Positions 29,088-39,987 of a stretch of 64,000 nt of DNA are shown piece by piece. Made by a program: the position numbers and the translations under genes. The notes beneath the pieces were generated by a model. It saw nothing but the letters and a program-made list of their open reading frames with translations, ran no database searches and had not been told where the DNA came from. The stretch spans positions 197,053 to 261,052 of the IMG/VR virus record IMGVR_UViG_3300042541_001760; one strand, given 5' to 3'. Positions within the stretch are counted from its first letter, which is position 1. Every line of letters begins with the position of its first letter.

Positions 29088-30701
29088 TTATGGGTTGTTA
29101 ATAGACATAACATTAGTTTCTGGCGCCCCTGTGACATTACAACAAGTACATCCATTAATTGATGAGGTACTTAGTATAAACACTTTATCGGTTGATTTAA
29201 CGTAACAAGACAAGGGACTTAATTTAAGTATTGAAGTTATAACCGTTCCTGATATCACATCCACCCCTGATATTGTAATATTGTTATACGTTAAAGTGGT
29301 TGCAGTTGAATATTCCTTAGTGTTTGGTGGGCATATGCCGGTTGTTGATCCAGATTGTGTTGAAGATGCGGTTGTTGGTGTTATACCTATAGGGACTCCA
29401 TTTTTATGTACTTGAACAGTATTAGTTATACTTCCAAACGCCGGATTGGTCGCCACCATAAAATTATTATATTCGGATAAATCAAAAGTTATTATTGTAC
29501 CGGATGGTAAGTTTGATATAATGTTATTATTTATGTCTCTAACAACAACTTTAAATGTTAATTTTTTCTGTCCCACCCCTGTTGATACTATTGTATTATC
29601 TATTGTTAAATTATACGAATTTGTTGCCGGTCCGGCCGGAACGATTGCGTTCTGTTGTCTTACTGTTGACGATCCATCTTGTACCCAAATACTATAAGTA
29701 CCCGCCGGTAAGTTATTAAACATTGGTGATTGTTGTGTTGTAATACCTCCATCTTTTGAATATATTACGGGTGGTTGACCGTTAAGGGGATTTATAATTA
29801 AAGATCCCGTAGAGTCGTTAACACAATTAGGGGCACTAATAGTTGGTGGATTTAAACTCATCACAGGCGCATTACAAGCCCCCGCATATGTGGTGGCATT
29901 ACCCGCTGGTCCGAATAAAGTCCAACCACCAATTGGTGGAATACTCGCGTTCGTGTTTATTATCAATGTTGAGTCAATATCAACAAACCAATAAGCTTGT
30001 GATAATCCACCCCATCTCATATCGAGAGTACCAGAAATCCAAGTGGGTTTACCATTTACAATACTCCCCGTTGGTGTGAATGTATATAATGTTGTAATAT
30101 TACCTGTAGTATATTGTAAACATAAATTAGGGTACACAACAGGAATTGGTGTCGGTGTTGGTGTAGGAGTTGGTGATGGTGTTTGACTAGGAACAATTAA
30201 AGAACAGGTTGTTGTTGCCGTATAATCAGACCCTCCGTTTGGCCAATTGTAGTCGGTTACTGTTACAGTATACACCCCATTAGAAGTGGCATTAGTTAAA
30301 GTAGGACCTAAAGTTCCTGTACTCCAAAGAATTTTATAAGGTGGTGTACCACCCGATACTAACATAGTAATACTATTATTTAATAGATTTGGACTACAAC
30401 TAATAGTCATTGGCGTTATTGTAACAATATCACACTGATTAACTCCTGTAACTCTATTACAGACATACAATGCGGTACATTCACCACAATTACCATAAGA
30501 ACCCTCTAAAGTGACTCCTGGCGATAAAAAAGAATATGTGGGTGAATCAGGATACAATGAACCAGAACTAATAACAGTACAACAACCACTGAAATAATTG
30601 GGTATAATTACATACTTTATATCACCAATCGTTAATGTTGGAGAATTGGTTAGTGTAAACGTAAAACTGGAATCGCAACAGGATTTGAAATAATGGGTCA
30701 T
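29088..30701 (-). CDS. Tail fibre/adhesin-like protein with SprB-like modules and PT linker
   Basis: VSGGTPPYKILWSTG...YTVTVTD and LPAGTYSIWVQD; Cys-rich N-terminus. Confidence 0.65.
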   Translation of the reverse strand: MTHYFKSCCDSSFTFTLTNSPTLTIGDIKYVIIPNYFSGCCTVISSGSLYPDSPTYSFLSPGVTLEGSYGNCGECTALYVCNRVTGVNQCDIVTITPMTISCSPNLLNNSITMLVSGGTPPYKILWSTGTLGPTLTNATSNGVYTVTVTDYNWPNGGSDYTATTTCSLIVPSQTPSPTPTPTPTPIPVVYPNLCLQYTTGNITTLYTFTPTGSIVNGKPTWISGTLDMRWGGLSQAYWFVDIDSTLIINTNASIPPIGGWTLFGPAGNATTYAGACNAPVMSLNPPTISAPNCVNDSTGSLIINPLNGQPPVIYSKDGGITTQQSPMFNNLPAGTYSIWVQDGSSTVRQQNAIVPAGPATNSYNLTIDNTIVSTGVGQKKLTFKVVVRDINNNIISNLPSGTIITFDLSEYNNFMVATNPAFGSITNTVQVHKNGVPIGITPTTASSTQSGSTTGICPPNTKEYSTATTLTYNNITISGVDVISGTVITSILKLSPLSCYVKSTDKVFILSTSSINGCTCCNVTGAPETNVMSINNP

Positions 30702-30805
30702 TTAATAATAATTCTTACAAACTAAATAATAATTGGTTATTTTTAGTTATAAATATCTTAATTAATGTTTTGTGGTATTAATATACCTTAGAGTATTTAT
30801 ATTAT

Positions 30806-30988
30806 ATGAAATTATTAAGAACAATAGAAAAGATGGTTACCGAATCTGAAAGAGCGTATGAAGAAGCATGTGAGAGAGGTGCTAAACCACAGGTGTTAGA
30901 TAAATTAGAAAAAAACTACTTGGACTCACTTAAATTGATGTCTTTATACGAGAGTGTTGAGAAAAATCAACAAGGGAAGACATCCTGA
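30806..30988 (+). CDS. Small protein on the opposite strand
   Basis: 60 aa, upstream TATTTATA, leader ending VTE|S. Confidence 0.6.
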   Translation: MKLLRTIEKMVTESERAYEEACERGAKPQVLDKLEKNYLDSLKLMSLYESVEKNQQGKTS

Positions 30989-31707
30989 CAATCATTACAA
31001 TCCGTCATTGGTGGGAAAGGGAAAATATTGGATGTTTCTCTGTTTGTAATATTATTCCAATCAATACTAGTATATGTTTCGTTGGGGGTTAAGTAATTAG
31101 CCACTACTGTGGTACATCCTGTGTATCCCGTGCCGCTACCCAAAGACGAGTTTGGTATATTAACATACCATCTTGTGTTAGGTTCAAATGTACTTTGGAA
31201 TGTCTCATCTAAAGTGAATGTGTAGTCATAACAACAGGCACTAAAATATGTTGGTGCTATCGCATCGTAACATTCCTGACAAGTCGTAAAAACCGGTTCA
31301 ATATGAGTTAAAATCGATGCGGTGTTATTGGTGAATTGATATCCAGAATATACCCAACACTGACCATATTCATTTAATGAAACAATATCTCCGAAATTAA
31401 GGTTTGGATTATCTTCCGTATAAACACAATTAGATAAATCACCACAATTACAGAAAGTAAAATATACATTTGGTAGATACGTACAAGTAACTAATTGAAA
31501 TTTTTCACAGGGGGCTATTGTCTCAATAATTTTAAGACCGACGGATGGTGCTCCACTAAATAATAGAGGTAGTGGTATTACATTAATTGGGGGTACATTA
31601 TTGGTTATTGTATCAATATATTGACATCGGTTACCATAAACATCGCAAATATATATTTCGTATGGTGGTGTAAGTCCCGTTATTGACGATATAATAATAC
31701 TCTTCAT
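30967..31707 (-). CDS. Cys-rich structural protein
   Basis: Many Cys, including CxxC and CC motifs, within the fibre cluster. Confidence 0.65.
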   Translation of the reverse strand: MKSIIISSITGLTPPYEIYICDVYGNRCQYIDTITNNVPPINVIPLPLLFSGAPSVGLKIIETIAPCEKFQLVTCTYLPNVYFTFCNCGDLSNCVYTEDNPNLNFGDIVSLNEYGQCWVYSGYQFTNNTASILTHIEPVFTTCQECYDAIAPTYFSACCYDYTFTLDETFQSTFEPNTRWYVNIPNSSLGSGTGYTGCTTVVANYLTPNETYTSIDWNNITNRETSNIFPFPPMTDCNDCQDVFPC

Positions 31708-31714
31708 AACTTAT

Positions 31715-34009
31715 TTAACAAGATACACAATTTATATTATATAATATGGATACTTGTACCGTAATGTTTTGGTTTGATAAAGCGTCCGTGGTTTCTTCAC
31801 AACTTGTGTTAACCGTAATTGTATTATTGTTGGTGTCAACTATAACTTCACCAATCCCTGTTACGTCACTTAGTAGTGTATCAACAGTATTATACCAACT
31901 ACTATTTGCTGGAACGTCGTTTAAAGTTGTGGCGGTATAAAATGATTGAGAGTAAGAGTTTCCAGCCACTGTGGCAACCGCAGAGAATGTTGCCGAACTT
32001 AATAAACAATCCGTACAACCATTAGTTAAATCCAAATACCCTTCAAGTAACATTTTACCTAAAGTTCTTTCTGTAATACCACCACTTGATATCGTACTTT
32101 CACAAATATTGTACTCGCTCAAGTTTGATAATATAAATGATCCTGTTACTATTACCGATTTAGTTATCGTACATCCGTCGGTGTCTTGTACTGTTAAAGT
32201 ATATGTCCCTGCGGATAAATTATCAATTGCCGTACCTGTTTGACCATTGACATTTGATGACCATGTTAGGGTAAATGGGGGTATTCCTTGGAATATGTTA
32301 GCGAATATCTCTCCATTGTATCCGTTAGTGGAGCTTGTTGGTATTAATATAAAATTTATTTGCTCGCTCTCATCTATGTAGAAATTACTAGTTGATATAC
32401 ACCCATTACTATCCGTTACCGTCGCCTGATAATAACCTGACGATAAATCATTAAAAGTATATGAACTCAATGGTATTTGACCTGATGGTGGAATAGGAAG
32501 TCCATTACCTCCTTGAATTGAATATATAAATGGTGATGTTCCGCCTGTCGTTTTAAATATCTTTACTATTCCATTATTACCCCCGCAAGTAGTTCCAGAT
32601 GCTTGTGTCGTAACATTATATGATAAAGTTGACTGAACAACAACAGTACCGCTATAAGTACAAATACCATCAGTTATTGTTAGTGTGTATGTATCAGGAA
32701 ATAGATTATTGAACGAAGTATTTAAACTTTGTTGTGGTCGATTATCCGAATCCCCATTACTTTTTTTAAGTGAATAATCATAACTAGAATTTGGATTACC
32801 ATTCAATGTTATTGAAATACTACCATTACTATTACCACAAACACTACTAATGACGTTAGTTGTTGCGACCGCAAAACTATTTGGTTGAGCTAAACTTACT
32901 TGTGTGTTAACACTACAAAGGGACGAATCGGTTACGGTTATATCATAAATACCCCCATATAAATTAGGAAAGGTATATGTTTGTTGGTAAGATATATCAA
33001 TATAATTTATTGATGGTATGTAATACCTATATGGTGGAGTACCATTTATTACCGTTATCTGTATTGCCCCGTTGGGGGCAAAACAAGTCGGCGGTGTTGG
33101 AGTTATAGGCCCTAATGACACCGGAGCCACATCGGTAATAAGCGCATTTTTGGTTGATGTACAACCTTGTGCATCTGTTATAGTAACACTATAATCGCCA
33201 GCGGTTAATCCTGTTATTGAAACTCCAGTTAACGATACATTATTTTCTAATAATCCTGGTGTTGATGATGACCATAAATAAGTATATGGAGCAACTCCGG
33301 TTAATCCCGTAATAAATATTCTACCAACACCAGTACTAACATTACCACAATTTGAGCTATTAACTGAATATAACCCATAATTTAATAGTGTGGAATTCTG
33401 TATTATAGAATTTTCACTTCTACCTGTACACCCTCCTCCGTCATCGGCAATTACATAATACATACCGTACGGTAAATTATCGAAAACGAATGTATCGGAG
33501 TTGGTGGATCCTGTTCTTATTAAATCAGGTTGATACGGTTCATTTGGTGGTGTATTAATAGGAGGTACTCTATTGTTATTATTTTCTAAATATAATTTAT
33601 ATGTGGCCAAACCGTTAGTATTAGCAACCGTTGCGGTTAAAGACCCATTTACTAAACCACAAGTAGTTGGGGTTACGTTAGTAATCGACACACAACTAGA
33701 TGCCGAAGAAACATATATGTTAAGTGTTGTTCTATTGTTTTGTGTTAACTCGGTAGGTCCTCCACAAGAGTCATTTATTTCTAGTACATATAAACCTGCC
33801 GGTAGATTACTATATGTTCTCGGTCCATTTAAAATACCTGTTTCAACCGAAGGTCCTCCACCCTCATTTGGGGACCAAGGATTTGGTAGATACCAAGTAA
33901 TACTCATCGGTTCTGATGTCGTAGATAGATTGAGGGTAAATGACCCCGATGCATTATTTTGACAGTCACCAACTACACTAAAATCACTAAAATTAAAATC
34001 GCAAGCCAT
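31715..34009 (-). CDS. SprB-repeat-like tail fibre/adhesin
   Basis: Repeated GxxPYTYxWS...LxAGxYxVTITDxxGC modules with CxxxNG starts. Confidence 0.75.
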   Translation of the reverse strand: MACDFNFSDFSVVGDCQNNASGSFTLNLSTTSEPMSITWYLPNPWSPNEGGGPSVETGILNGPRTYSNLPAGLYVLEINDSCGGPTELTQNNRTTLNIYVSSASSCVSITNVTPTTCGLVNGSLTATVANTNGLATYKLYLENNNNRVPPINTPPNEPYQPDLIRTGSTNSDTFVFDNLPYGMYYVIADDGGGCTGRSENSIIQNSTLLNYGLYSVNSSNCGNVSTGVGRIFITGLTGVAPYTYLWSSSTPGLLENNVSLTGVSITGLTAGDYSVTITDAQGCTSTKNALITDVAPVSLGPITPTPPTCFAPNGAIQITVINGTPPYRYYIPSINYIDISYQQTYTFPNLYGGIYDITVTDSSLCSVNTQVSLAQPNSFAVATTNVISSVCGNSNGSISITLNGNPNSSYDYSLKKSNGDSDNRPQQSLNTSFNNLFPDTYTLTITDGICTYSGTVVVQSTLSYNVTTQASGTTCGGNNGIVKIFKTTGGTSPFIYSIQGGNGLPIPPSGQIPLSSYTFNDLSSGYYQATVTDSNGCISTSNFYIDESEQINFILIPTSSTNGYNGEIFANIFQGIPPFTLTWSSNVNGQTGTAIDNLSAGTYTLTVQDTDGCTITKSVIVTGSFILSNLSEYNICESTISSGGITERTLGKMLLEGYLDLTNGCTDCLLSSATFSAVATVAGNSYSQSFYTATTLNDVPANSSWYNTVDTLLSDVTGIGEVIVDTNNNTITVNTSCEETTDALSNQNITVQVSILYNINCVSC

Positions 34010-34010
34010 T

Positions 34011-36992
34011 TTATGAACAAGATATATTGAAATTTATTCCCACATTTATTTTAAAATCTGAGTTAAGGTTATTACCATCACAAGTAAGCGTATAAATAGT
34101 CACCTCATTATTTACTATATAATAATCTAACCCATAATCTATAAGTAAATCCAATTGTGATTCAAGTGCCGTTAGCCACTGACTAGACGATGGATAACTA
34201 ACGCCAGGACCTAAAGTTAAACCAAAACCATTATTAAAGAATGGATAACTTATTATCTCAGACCCACCTAATGATATCTTAACATACCACTTGGATGTTA
34301 ATGTATTAAGATTACAATTATTTCCACTAGTGTAATTTAACACCAATTGACTTAAAAGCGAACCAAAAGTAGTTATATTAGGGTTACTAGTCCAAGGATA
34401 AACATCACAAGTTGTTGATGCTTGCGGACAATCAATGGTAAATATTGGACCAATAAGAGTACAAGGGTTACAAGGTACAGGTACAATTTGACAACCTCTT
34501 TGTCTTCTCCATACAAATTTTTGACGATGAAACGCTGAGTTCTCGTATCTAACACCCGTATTCCAAATAGTAGTCGCTGGTACCATTTGTTCAACTAATC
34601 TTATCCAATAGTCCCCCAACCCACCTATGTAATCAATCATTTTTTGATATGTATAATCGGTGTTCGGAGCGTTGTTACCTTCACCGGATTTCAAATACTT
34701 CCAATAGATATATTCTAGTGTTGGGTATCCACCCGTCTTACCGTTTGTTACATATTGTCTATCCCTAACATTAATCATATTTTGCCAAAAGGTCTGAGCA
34801 AATTCAAAGAATGTTTTTTGTGATGGATTTGGGTCAATTAATGTACTATCCAATATCGTTGGATTAAGGTATGTCGGACAATAACAATTACCGCTAATAG
34901 TTAGTCCTGATGCGGGTATTGGGTAATCATAATTACTTGATGTATACCACACATCATAAACTAAGGCTTGTCCGGGATTTAAGAAAAGATCAACATTCTT
35001 TACATTGAGTATTAGTTTTTCATCATCAACAAAATAGAATGAGTTATTTCCGTCGGAATTTCTTCTTAACCCCGTCTCTAAAGTTGACCAACTTTTCTTG
35101 TTATCTATTGTTTTAGTTAAAGTAAATCCTAAGTCTGTATAAGGGAAATCTCTAAATCTATCCAAATAAACTTGACCATATGTGAATGGTGCTAATTTGG
35201 TTTGATAATTAGGGTTCTGACCCGTGAAAGTCGTATTAACAGAATCAAACACCTCATTAGATCTATGTGAAGGTGTACTTTCAAACCATCCAGCACCTAT
35301 TTGAAAATAAAAATTATCTGTGTCTTCGGGAGCTCTTGGGTATCCATTAATGTCTATTGGGAACTCTTCTAAGGTTATATCAGCATCTTCTACTATTGTC
35401 TCTGTAGTAAACCCCGTAAATACTCGTCCTTGGACTTTAAATGTGTTACCAGGTTCTAATACGGGTAGTTCTTTTGAGTATGTTCCTCCTGATATCTGAG
35501 CAAATTCTTGATTGAACTGCGTCATATTAATCTTTTGGTCGGCAACATAAATATACTCATTAAAATCAACCAATGCGTCAGGGGCTCCAACTAATCTTAG
35601 TAACCCCTCTATTGATTTTCTAGTCCCTTTTGATTTAAAAAGGTATGCAGAGTTTAGAATCAAATTTCTATAAAATTGATAATTTAACTCGTCGGGAGTG
35701 TATCCCCTACCAACACCAGGAAACTCACTAAATTCTTCACCACCAAAAACAGAATTTAAGAAATCTTCGTTAGTTATTGGTGATATGTTTTTTGACCATC
35801 CCAAAGTTTGGGATAAGTTCTTTAATAGTTGTGATGGTATGTCATTACCCACATTATAATTAACTGAATTCATAAAAGCCAGAGCGTCTATGAATTTCTT
35901 TACTTGATCAAAACTTCTACCATATAACTCTAAAACTTTACTTATTTTTTGGTCATATGTATCAAAATCTTTAAACGCACCTGTGGTTAAAAATCTATTA
36001 ATTAAATTTGTTTTAAATGAGTCAAAATTTTCAGCAATAACACTTACACTTACCACATAATCTTTAAATACCGGAGTTCGTATATCTAAATTCCAAACAC
36101 CGTCCAATGGCCAAGTTACTGATTGGGTGGTAACATAATACTTACCATTATTATCTTCTTCCACAACCTGAAAATCGGCAGTATAAATTGGTGTTACCAA
36201 TCTATTGAGTAAAAATCTCTCAATCTCATCAAAATCCTGCCCGAAAACCATTTCAGTTGTTTGGTAATTAGGTCTTATGATAAAATTATCGTAAGTTGTG
36301 GTTACCCCCGTAAAAGGATTACCTCTAACAAACATTTTTAATGTCCCTGAAGATAAGTTATCCGTAGGGGTCATAGAGATTAATGGGTGACTACTTCCAT
36401 TAATATATAAACTATATTTTGTAAAGGTGGTTGTCATATCCCTAAGTGGGGACAATTCAATCTCACTAACACTTATATTTCTTGGTGCGTTTATCGTAAA
36501 ATCAATATCAAAAGGATTCCTTATCCTCGCAAGGTCGATTTCCAAATAACTCACGTCATTAATAACATTGTAAGATATATTTGTTGCAGTTGCCCCTGTC
36601 GTATAATTTGGTGATTTAAATGTAACCTCTAAAGCGGCAGGGAAAAAATTAATTATTTTTGTAATTGATACAGATAACCTTTTAGTTAATGAACCGTATT
36701 GTGAAAAATTGGAAACCTGACTTAAATCAAAATTTGGATATACTTTAAAGTTTTTCTCAATAATTGATCTTGATTCTTCTACAGATCTAACACCAAGACT
36801 ATCTAATGTAATAGGGTCAGAAAAAGAACCTATAACAAAATCCCTATTAGATTTTTCCGTAATTCCTACTGTAAACTCAAAATTACCTTGTGTCAATCCA
36901 CCTCCCGCAACTAATTGGAAACCAACTAAATTGTCAGAAAAAGTATTATCTGCGGTCGCTTTTTGCGGTGGACAAGTATATTTTTTAGCCAT
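34011..36992 (-). CDS. Baseplate wedge protein (gp7/P2 gpI-like domain)
   Basis: PSQLLKNLSQTLGW...LILNSAYLFKSKGTRKSIEGLLRLVG. Confidence 0.65.
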   Translation of the reverse strand: MAKKYTCPPQKATADNTFSDNLVGFQLVAGGGLTQGNFEFTVGITEKSNRDFVIGSFSDPITLDSLGVRSVEESRSIIEKNFKVYPNFDLSQVSNFSQYGSLTKRLSVSITKIINFFPAALEVTFKSPNYTTGATATNISYNVINDVSYLEIDLARIRNPFDIDFTINAPRNISVSEIELSPLRDMTTTFTKYSLYINGSSHPLISMTPTDNLSSGTLKMFVRGNPFTGVTTTYDNFIIRPNYQTTEMVFGQDFDEIERFLLNRLVTPIYTADFQVVEEDNNGKYYVTTQSVTWPLDGVWNLDIRTPVFKDYVVSVSVIAENFDSFKTNLINRFLTTGAFKDFDTYDQKISKVLELYGRSFDQVKKFIDALAFMNSVNYNVGNDIPSQLLKNLSQTLGWSKNISPITNEDFLNSVFGGEEFSEFPGVGRGYTPDELNYQFYRNLILNSAYLFKSKGTRKSIEGLLRLVGAPDALVDFNEYIYVADQKINMTQFNQEFAQISGGTYSKELPVLEPGNTFKVQGRVFTGFTTETIVEDADITLEEFPIDINGYPRAPEDTDNFYFQIGAGWFESTPSHRSNEVFDSVNTTFTGQNPNYQTKLAPFTYGQVYLDRFRDFPYTDLGFTLTKTIDNKKSWSTLETGLRRNSDGNNSFYFVDDEKLILNVKNVDLFLNPGQALVYDVWYTSSNYDYPIPASGLTISGNCYCPTYLNPTILDSTLIDPNPSQKTFFEFAQTFWQNMINVRDRQYVTNGKTGGYPTLEYIYWKYLKSGEGNNAPNTDYTYQKMIDYIGGLGDYWIRLVEQMVPATTIWNTGVRYENSAFHRQKFVWRRQRGCQIVPVPCNPCTLIGPIFTIDCPQASTTCDVYPWTSNPNITTFGSLLSQLVLNYTSGNNCNLNTLTSKWYVKISLGGSEIISYPFFNNGFGLTLGPGVSYPSSSQWLTALESQLDLLIDYGLDYYIVNNEVTIYTLTCDGNNLNSDFKINVGINFNISCS

Positions 36993-37900
36993 TATTGAGT
37001 GATATTTACAAAGTTTTTACTGTAATCAATATTAGTTCCCCTATCCTGTCTAACTTCATATAATAACTCATTAAATTCATCTCTAACCTCATAAAGATTG
37101 TATTGTTTGTAAATATTGTTATTACTGTCGTATATAGTGTAAATACCATCGTCCATAGATTTGGTTTGATTACCGTATAGAGCAATTGCCAGGGTTGATA
37201 TGTCATGTTCCACAATCTCAACCTCAATACTAATAGGATTGAAGTATGTGTTACTTATAACCACATTTTGATTGGGTTGTCCAATGAATGGGGTTGCGTT
37301 AGGCTTGTTTGTTGGTGATGATGATGGTGAAACTGTACAAAATAGTAAATTTGTCGCTCCATCAACATATCTATATCTAATTGATTTCTGTGATGAGTTT
37401 GTCTGATTTTCTGTAACAGGCTCACAATAAAATGAAGATGTTATGATTCTAAAAAAGTTGGGTATTTTACTTCCGTCAGGGTTTAAATATTCTATTCTGA
37501 ATCCAACCAATCCTTGAGCCACGAATTTATTTCTGTATTGAGATGGTACTTGTTCTAAATTAAAAATTAACCCCTTAACATTTGGTATTGCCGATAACAC
37601 ACCGCAATCATTAATTGTTGTTCTGATTTGTGCCGGTCTAAGATATAGGTTATAGATACCTAAAGCATTAAATTGATCTGCGGGTAGTTTTAGGTTATAT
37701 AAACCCCCTAATATCTCAACATCTGCATTACCTCCCGTTTCTCCGTTATTAAAATATGGTTTTAAAACATCCTGAGCATTTAATGTTGTAAGTGTGAAAT
37801 TATCAGTATTATCCCTACTTGGGGTATAATTTAGTATTATCTCAACATCTTCGGGGGAAACATCCGCCGGCCTTATAGTTCCATATGATCCAGTTGCCAT
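36992..37900 (-). CDS. Conserved structural (baseplate-region) protein
   Basis: 302-aa ORF coupled to the wedge gene; upstream TATTTATA. Confidence 0.6.
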   Translation of the reverse strand: MATGSYGTIRPADVSPEDVEIILNYTPSRDNTDNFTLTTLNAQDVLKPYFNNGETGGNADVEILGGLYNLKLPADQFNALGIYNLYLRPAQIRTTINDCGVLSAIPNVKGLIFNLEQVPSQYRNKFVAQGLVGFRIEYLNPDGSKIPNFFRIITSSFYCEPVTENQTNSSQKSIRYRYVDGATNLLFCTVSPSSSPTNKPNATPFIGQPNQNVVISNTYFNPISIEVEIVEHDISTLAIALYGNQTKSMDDGIYTIYDSNNNIYKQYNLYEVRDEFNELLYEVRQDRGTNIDYSKNFVNITQ

Positions 37901-37951
37901 CTTTTTTAATTAAATTATTATTTTTTTAACCATATTTATAAATACTTAATG

Positions 37952-39142
37952 TTAGGTTTTATTGACATTAAAAAATTTATAACCATACGATACTAACCCC
38001 CCTATTGTTGATACCTCACCCAATCTGTGTATACTTTCAAGTGCTGAATTTTTACCTCTCTCTATATATACATTGGAAAACACCTGTACCTGATCGATTA
38101 CATTTAATAATGCCTCATCTTTAGTTAATCCTGACGAAACCAACCAATTTTGTGTTAATCCTGACGACTTCACAACATATATTGTTGATCCATCATCATA
38201 GTCATAATAATCAACACCATTAATAGTGTAAGCATCCGACATATTATCGGGGGTTCTACCTTTGTAGATACCAACAGTGTTACTTGTTCCTGTTATTTGT
38301 TGATTAAGTTTAAACGACTTACCGTCTTTTGTTGCGTCACCTTTATATTGTGATAAGTCACCCAATGTTGATTTTGTATAACCCGTAATATAAAAAGGAA
38401 CTGTTGTATAGTTTGAACTAATATGAGCCAATAAATTGGTGTTTGAGTCCCCCGAAAAAATGTAGTCATACATTATTGGGGTTCCTGACCAATCACCTCC
38501 TTGTGGTACAAAATAAGCAGTTCCATTGGGGTTGAATATTGGTACATTTGTGAATGGTACTTGGACTTGTTTTTCGATTACCGTCACCCCGAATTGAGTA
38601 TATCCCGATAGTGTTATAGTATATTGAGCACTTCCCGATGGATATGTATGTGATGTGTAATTTGGTGCTACCGAAGTTAAAGTTTGTACTGGTGTATTAT
38701 CACCCCAATTTATCTTAAAAGTAGAACTTTTTAGAAATTTCTTATACTTAACATCTGATGTATTGTACACATAGTAAGTCGATGAGTTAATCCCCGTGAC
38801 CGCCGAGAATAAAAAGTTAGTAATAACATCTTTTTGTAAAATAGCCCCATCAAAAACAGAATAATAACCAATGTCCGTAATATTTTGAGTAAATAAAATT
38901 GGTATTGTTAATCCCGTCATTAAGGAAGTTCCACTTGTACCACCAGTGACCACCGCAGACATTTGTAATTGTACTCTTGTGGATGCGGTTGTAAAATAGA
39001 AGTTTTCCGTATAACTCGTAAAGTCGCAACAGGTCAAGTCCAAACTAAGGGTAACTCCCGTAGATGCGGTATATACCATTGTAACAATATCGCTAGTTAT
39101 TACTTCAGGTGAAATCTTAATATAGTATCTTTGATCCTCCAT
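37952..39142 (-). CDS. Structural protein with PKD-like domain
   Basis: INWGDNT...HTYPSGSAQYTITLSG matches the PKD WDFGDG...HTY pattern. Confidence 0.65.
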   Translation of the reverse strand: MEDQRYYIKISPEVITSDIVTMVYTASTGVTLSLDLTCCDFTSYTENFYFTTASTRVQLQMSAVVTGGTSGTSLMTGLTIPILFTQNITDIGYYSVFDGAILQKDVITNFLFSAVTGINSSTYYVYNTSDVKYKKFLKSSTFKINWGDNTPVQTLTSVAPNYTSHTYPSGSAQYTITLSGYTQFGVTVIEKQVQVPFTNVPIFNPNGTAYFVPQGGDWSGTPIMYDYIFSGDSNTNLLAHISSNYTTVPFYITGYTKSTLGDLSQYKGDATKDGKSFKLNQQITGTSNTVGIYKGRTPDNMSDAYTINGVDYYDYDDGSTIYVVKSSGLTQNWLVSSGLTKDEALLNVIDQVQVFSNVYIERGKNSALESIHRLGEVSTIGGLVSYGYKFFNVNKT

Positions 39143-39987
39143 TAACTTGGGTTAACATACTCATACCAATTTATGGGTTTGGATTCATAACCAACCCTAA
39201 TATCTGACCCGTTCGCATAATCGAATATTTGATATGTGTAATCAGAATAATCTAATTTTACCTTATAGTAAAAATACTTTTCTCCGTTAAACCCATACTT
39301 ATCGCCCGATAATTCATTTGATCCTTGATTTCTATTTATCATTTTTACGAAATTACCGGTACTCCCATTAAAAAATTTAGCCGACATATAAAATGTGTCA
39401 ATATTTAAAAACTCTCTACTTTTTAACCAATAAAAAAAGTAACCTTCTTTTTGTTGTCCAACAAAATCTAATTTAAATCTAGGTACACTAATATTAACAT
39501 CGGGTAGGTATGTTGATATTGATTTTAATTCATCTAACGATTCGTTCGCAAATAGAATTACAGTAAAGTAATTTTTTTGAGTTTTACCATCTTTAGTATC
39601 GTAAAAATCTAATTTAAAAAATGACTTTTGGAATGGTTTTGTGGTATAATATATGTCTTTATCGGAGAATCCTTCACTATTATAATTTGCCTCCCAATAA
39701 GTTGGAATTGCGGTATTCATAAAATTTAAATCAGCACTATAAAAATAAAAATTGTAATTAACTGACGTTTCGTTATTATTAGGGTATTTTTTATTCTGAA
39801 ATCTTGCCAACTCAAAATCTTTTGGTTTACCAATTACTTTTTCAATTATATCCTCTTGTATTTTATCAATACTATCATCCCTACCATAGAAATCCCATTT
39901 GATTTCCACGGGAATATCAATATACTTATCAGTACTTGTTTTAACTATCTTAAACTTATTCACACTCATCTGTAGTAGGTAAAGCAA
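39142..39987 (-). CDS. Structural (baseplate-region) protein
   Basis: 281-aa ORF coupled to neighbours. Confidence 0.6.
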   Translation of the reverse strand: MLYLLQMSVNKFKIVKTSTDKYIDIPVEIKWDFYGRDDSIDKIQEDIIEKVIGKPKDFELARFQNKKYPNNNETSVNYNFYFYSADLNFMNTAIPTYWEANYNSEGFSDKDIYYTTKPFQKSFFKLDFYDTKDGKTQKNYFTVILFANESLDELKSISTYLPDVNISVPRFKLDFVGQQKEGYFFYWLKSREFLNIDTFYMSAKFFNGSTGNFVKMINRNQGSNELSGDKYGFNGEKYFYYKVKLDYSDYTYQIFDYANGSDIRVGYESKPINWYEYVNPS

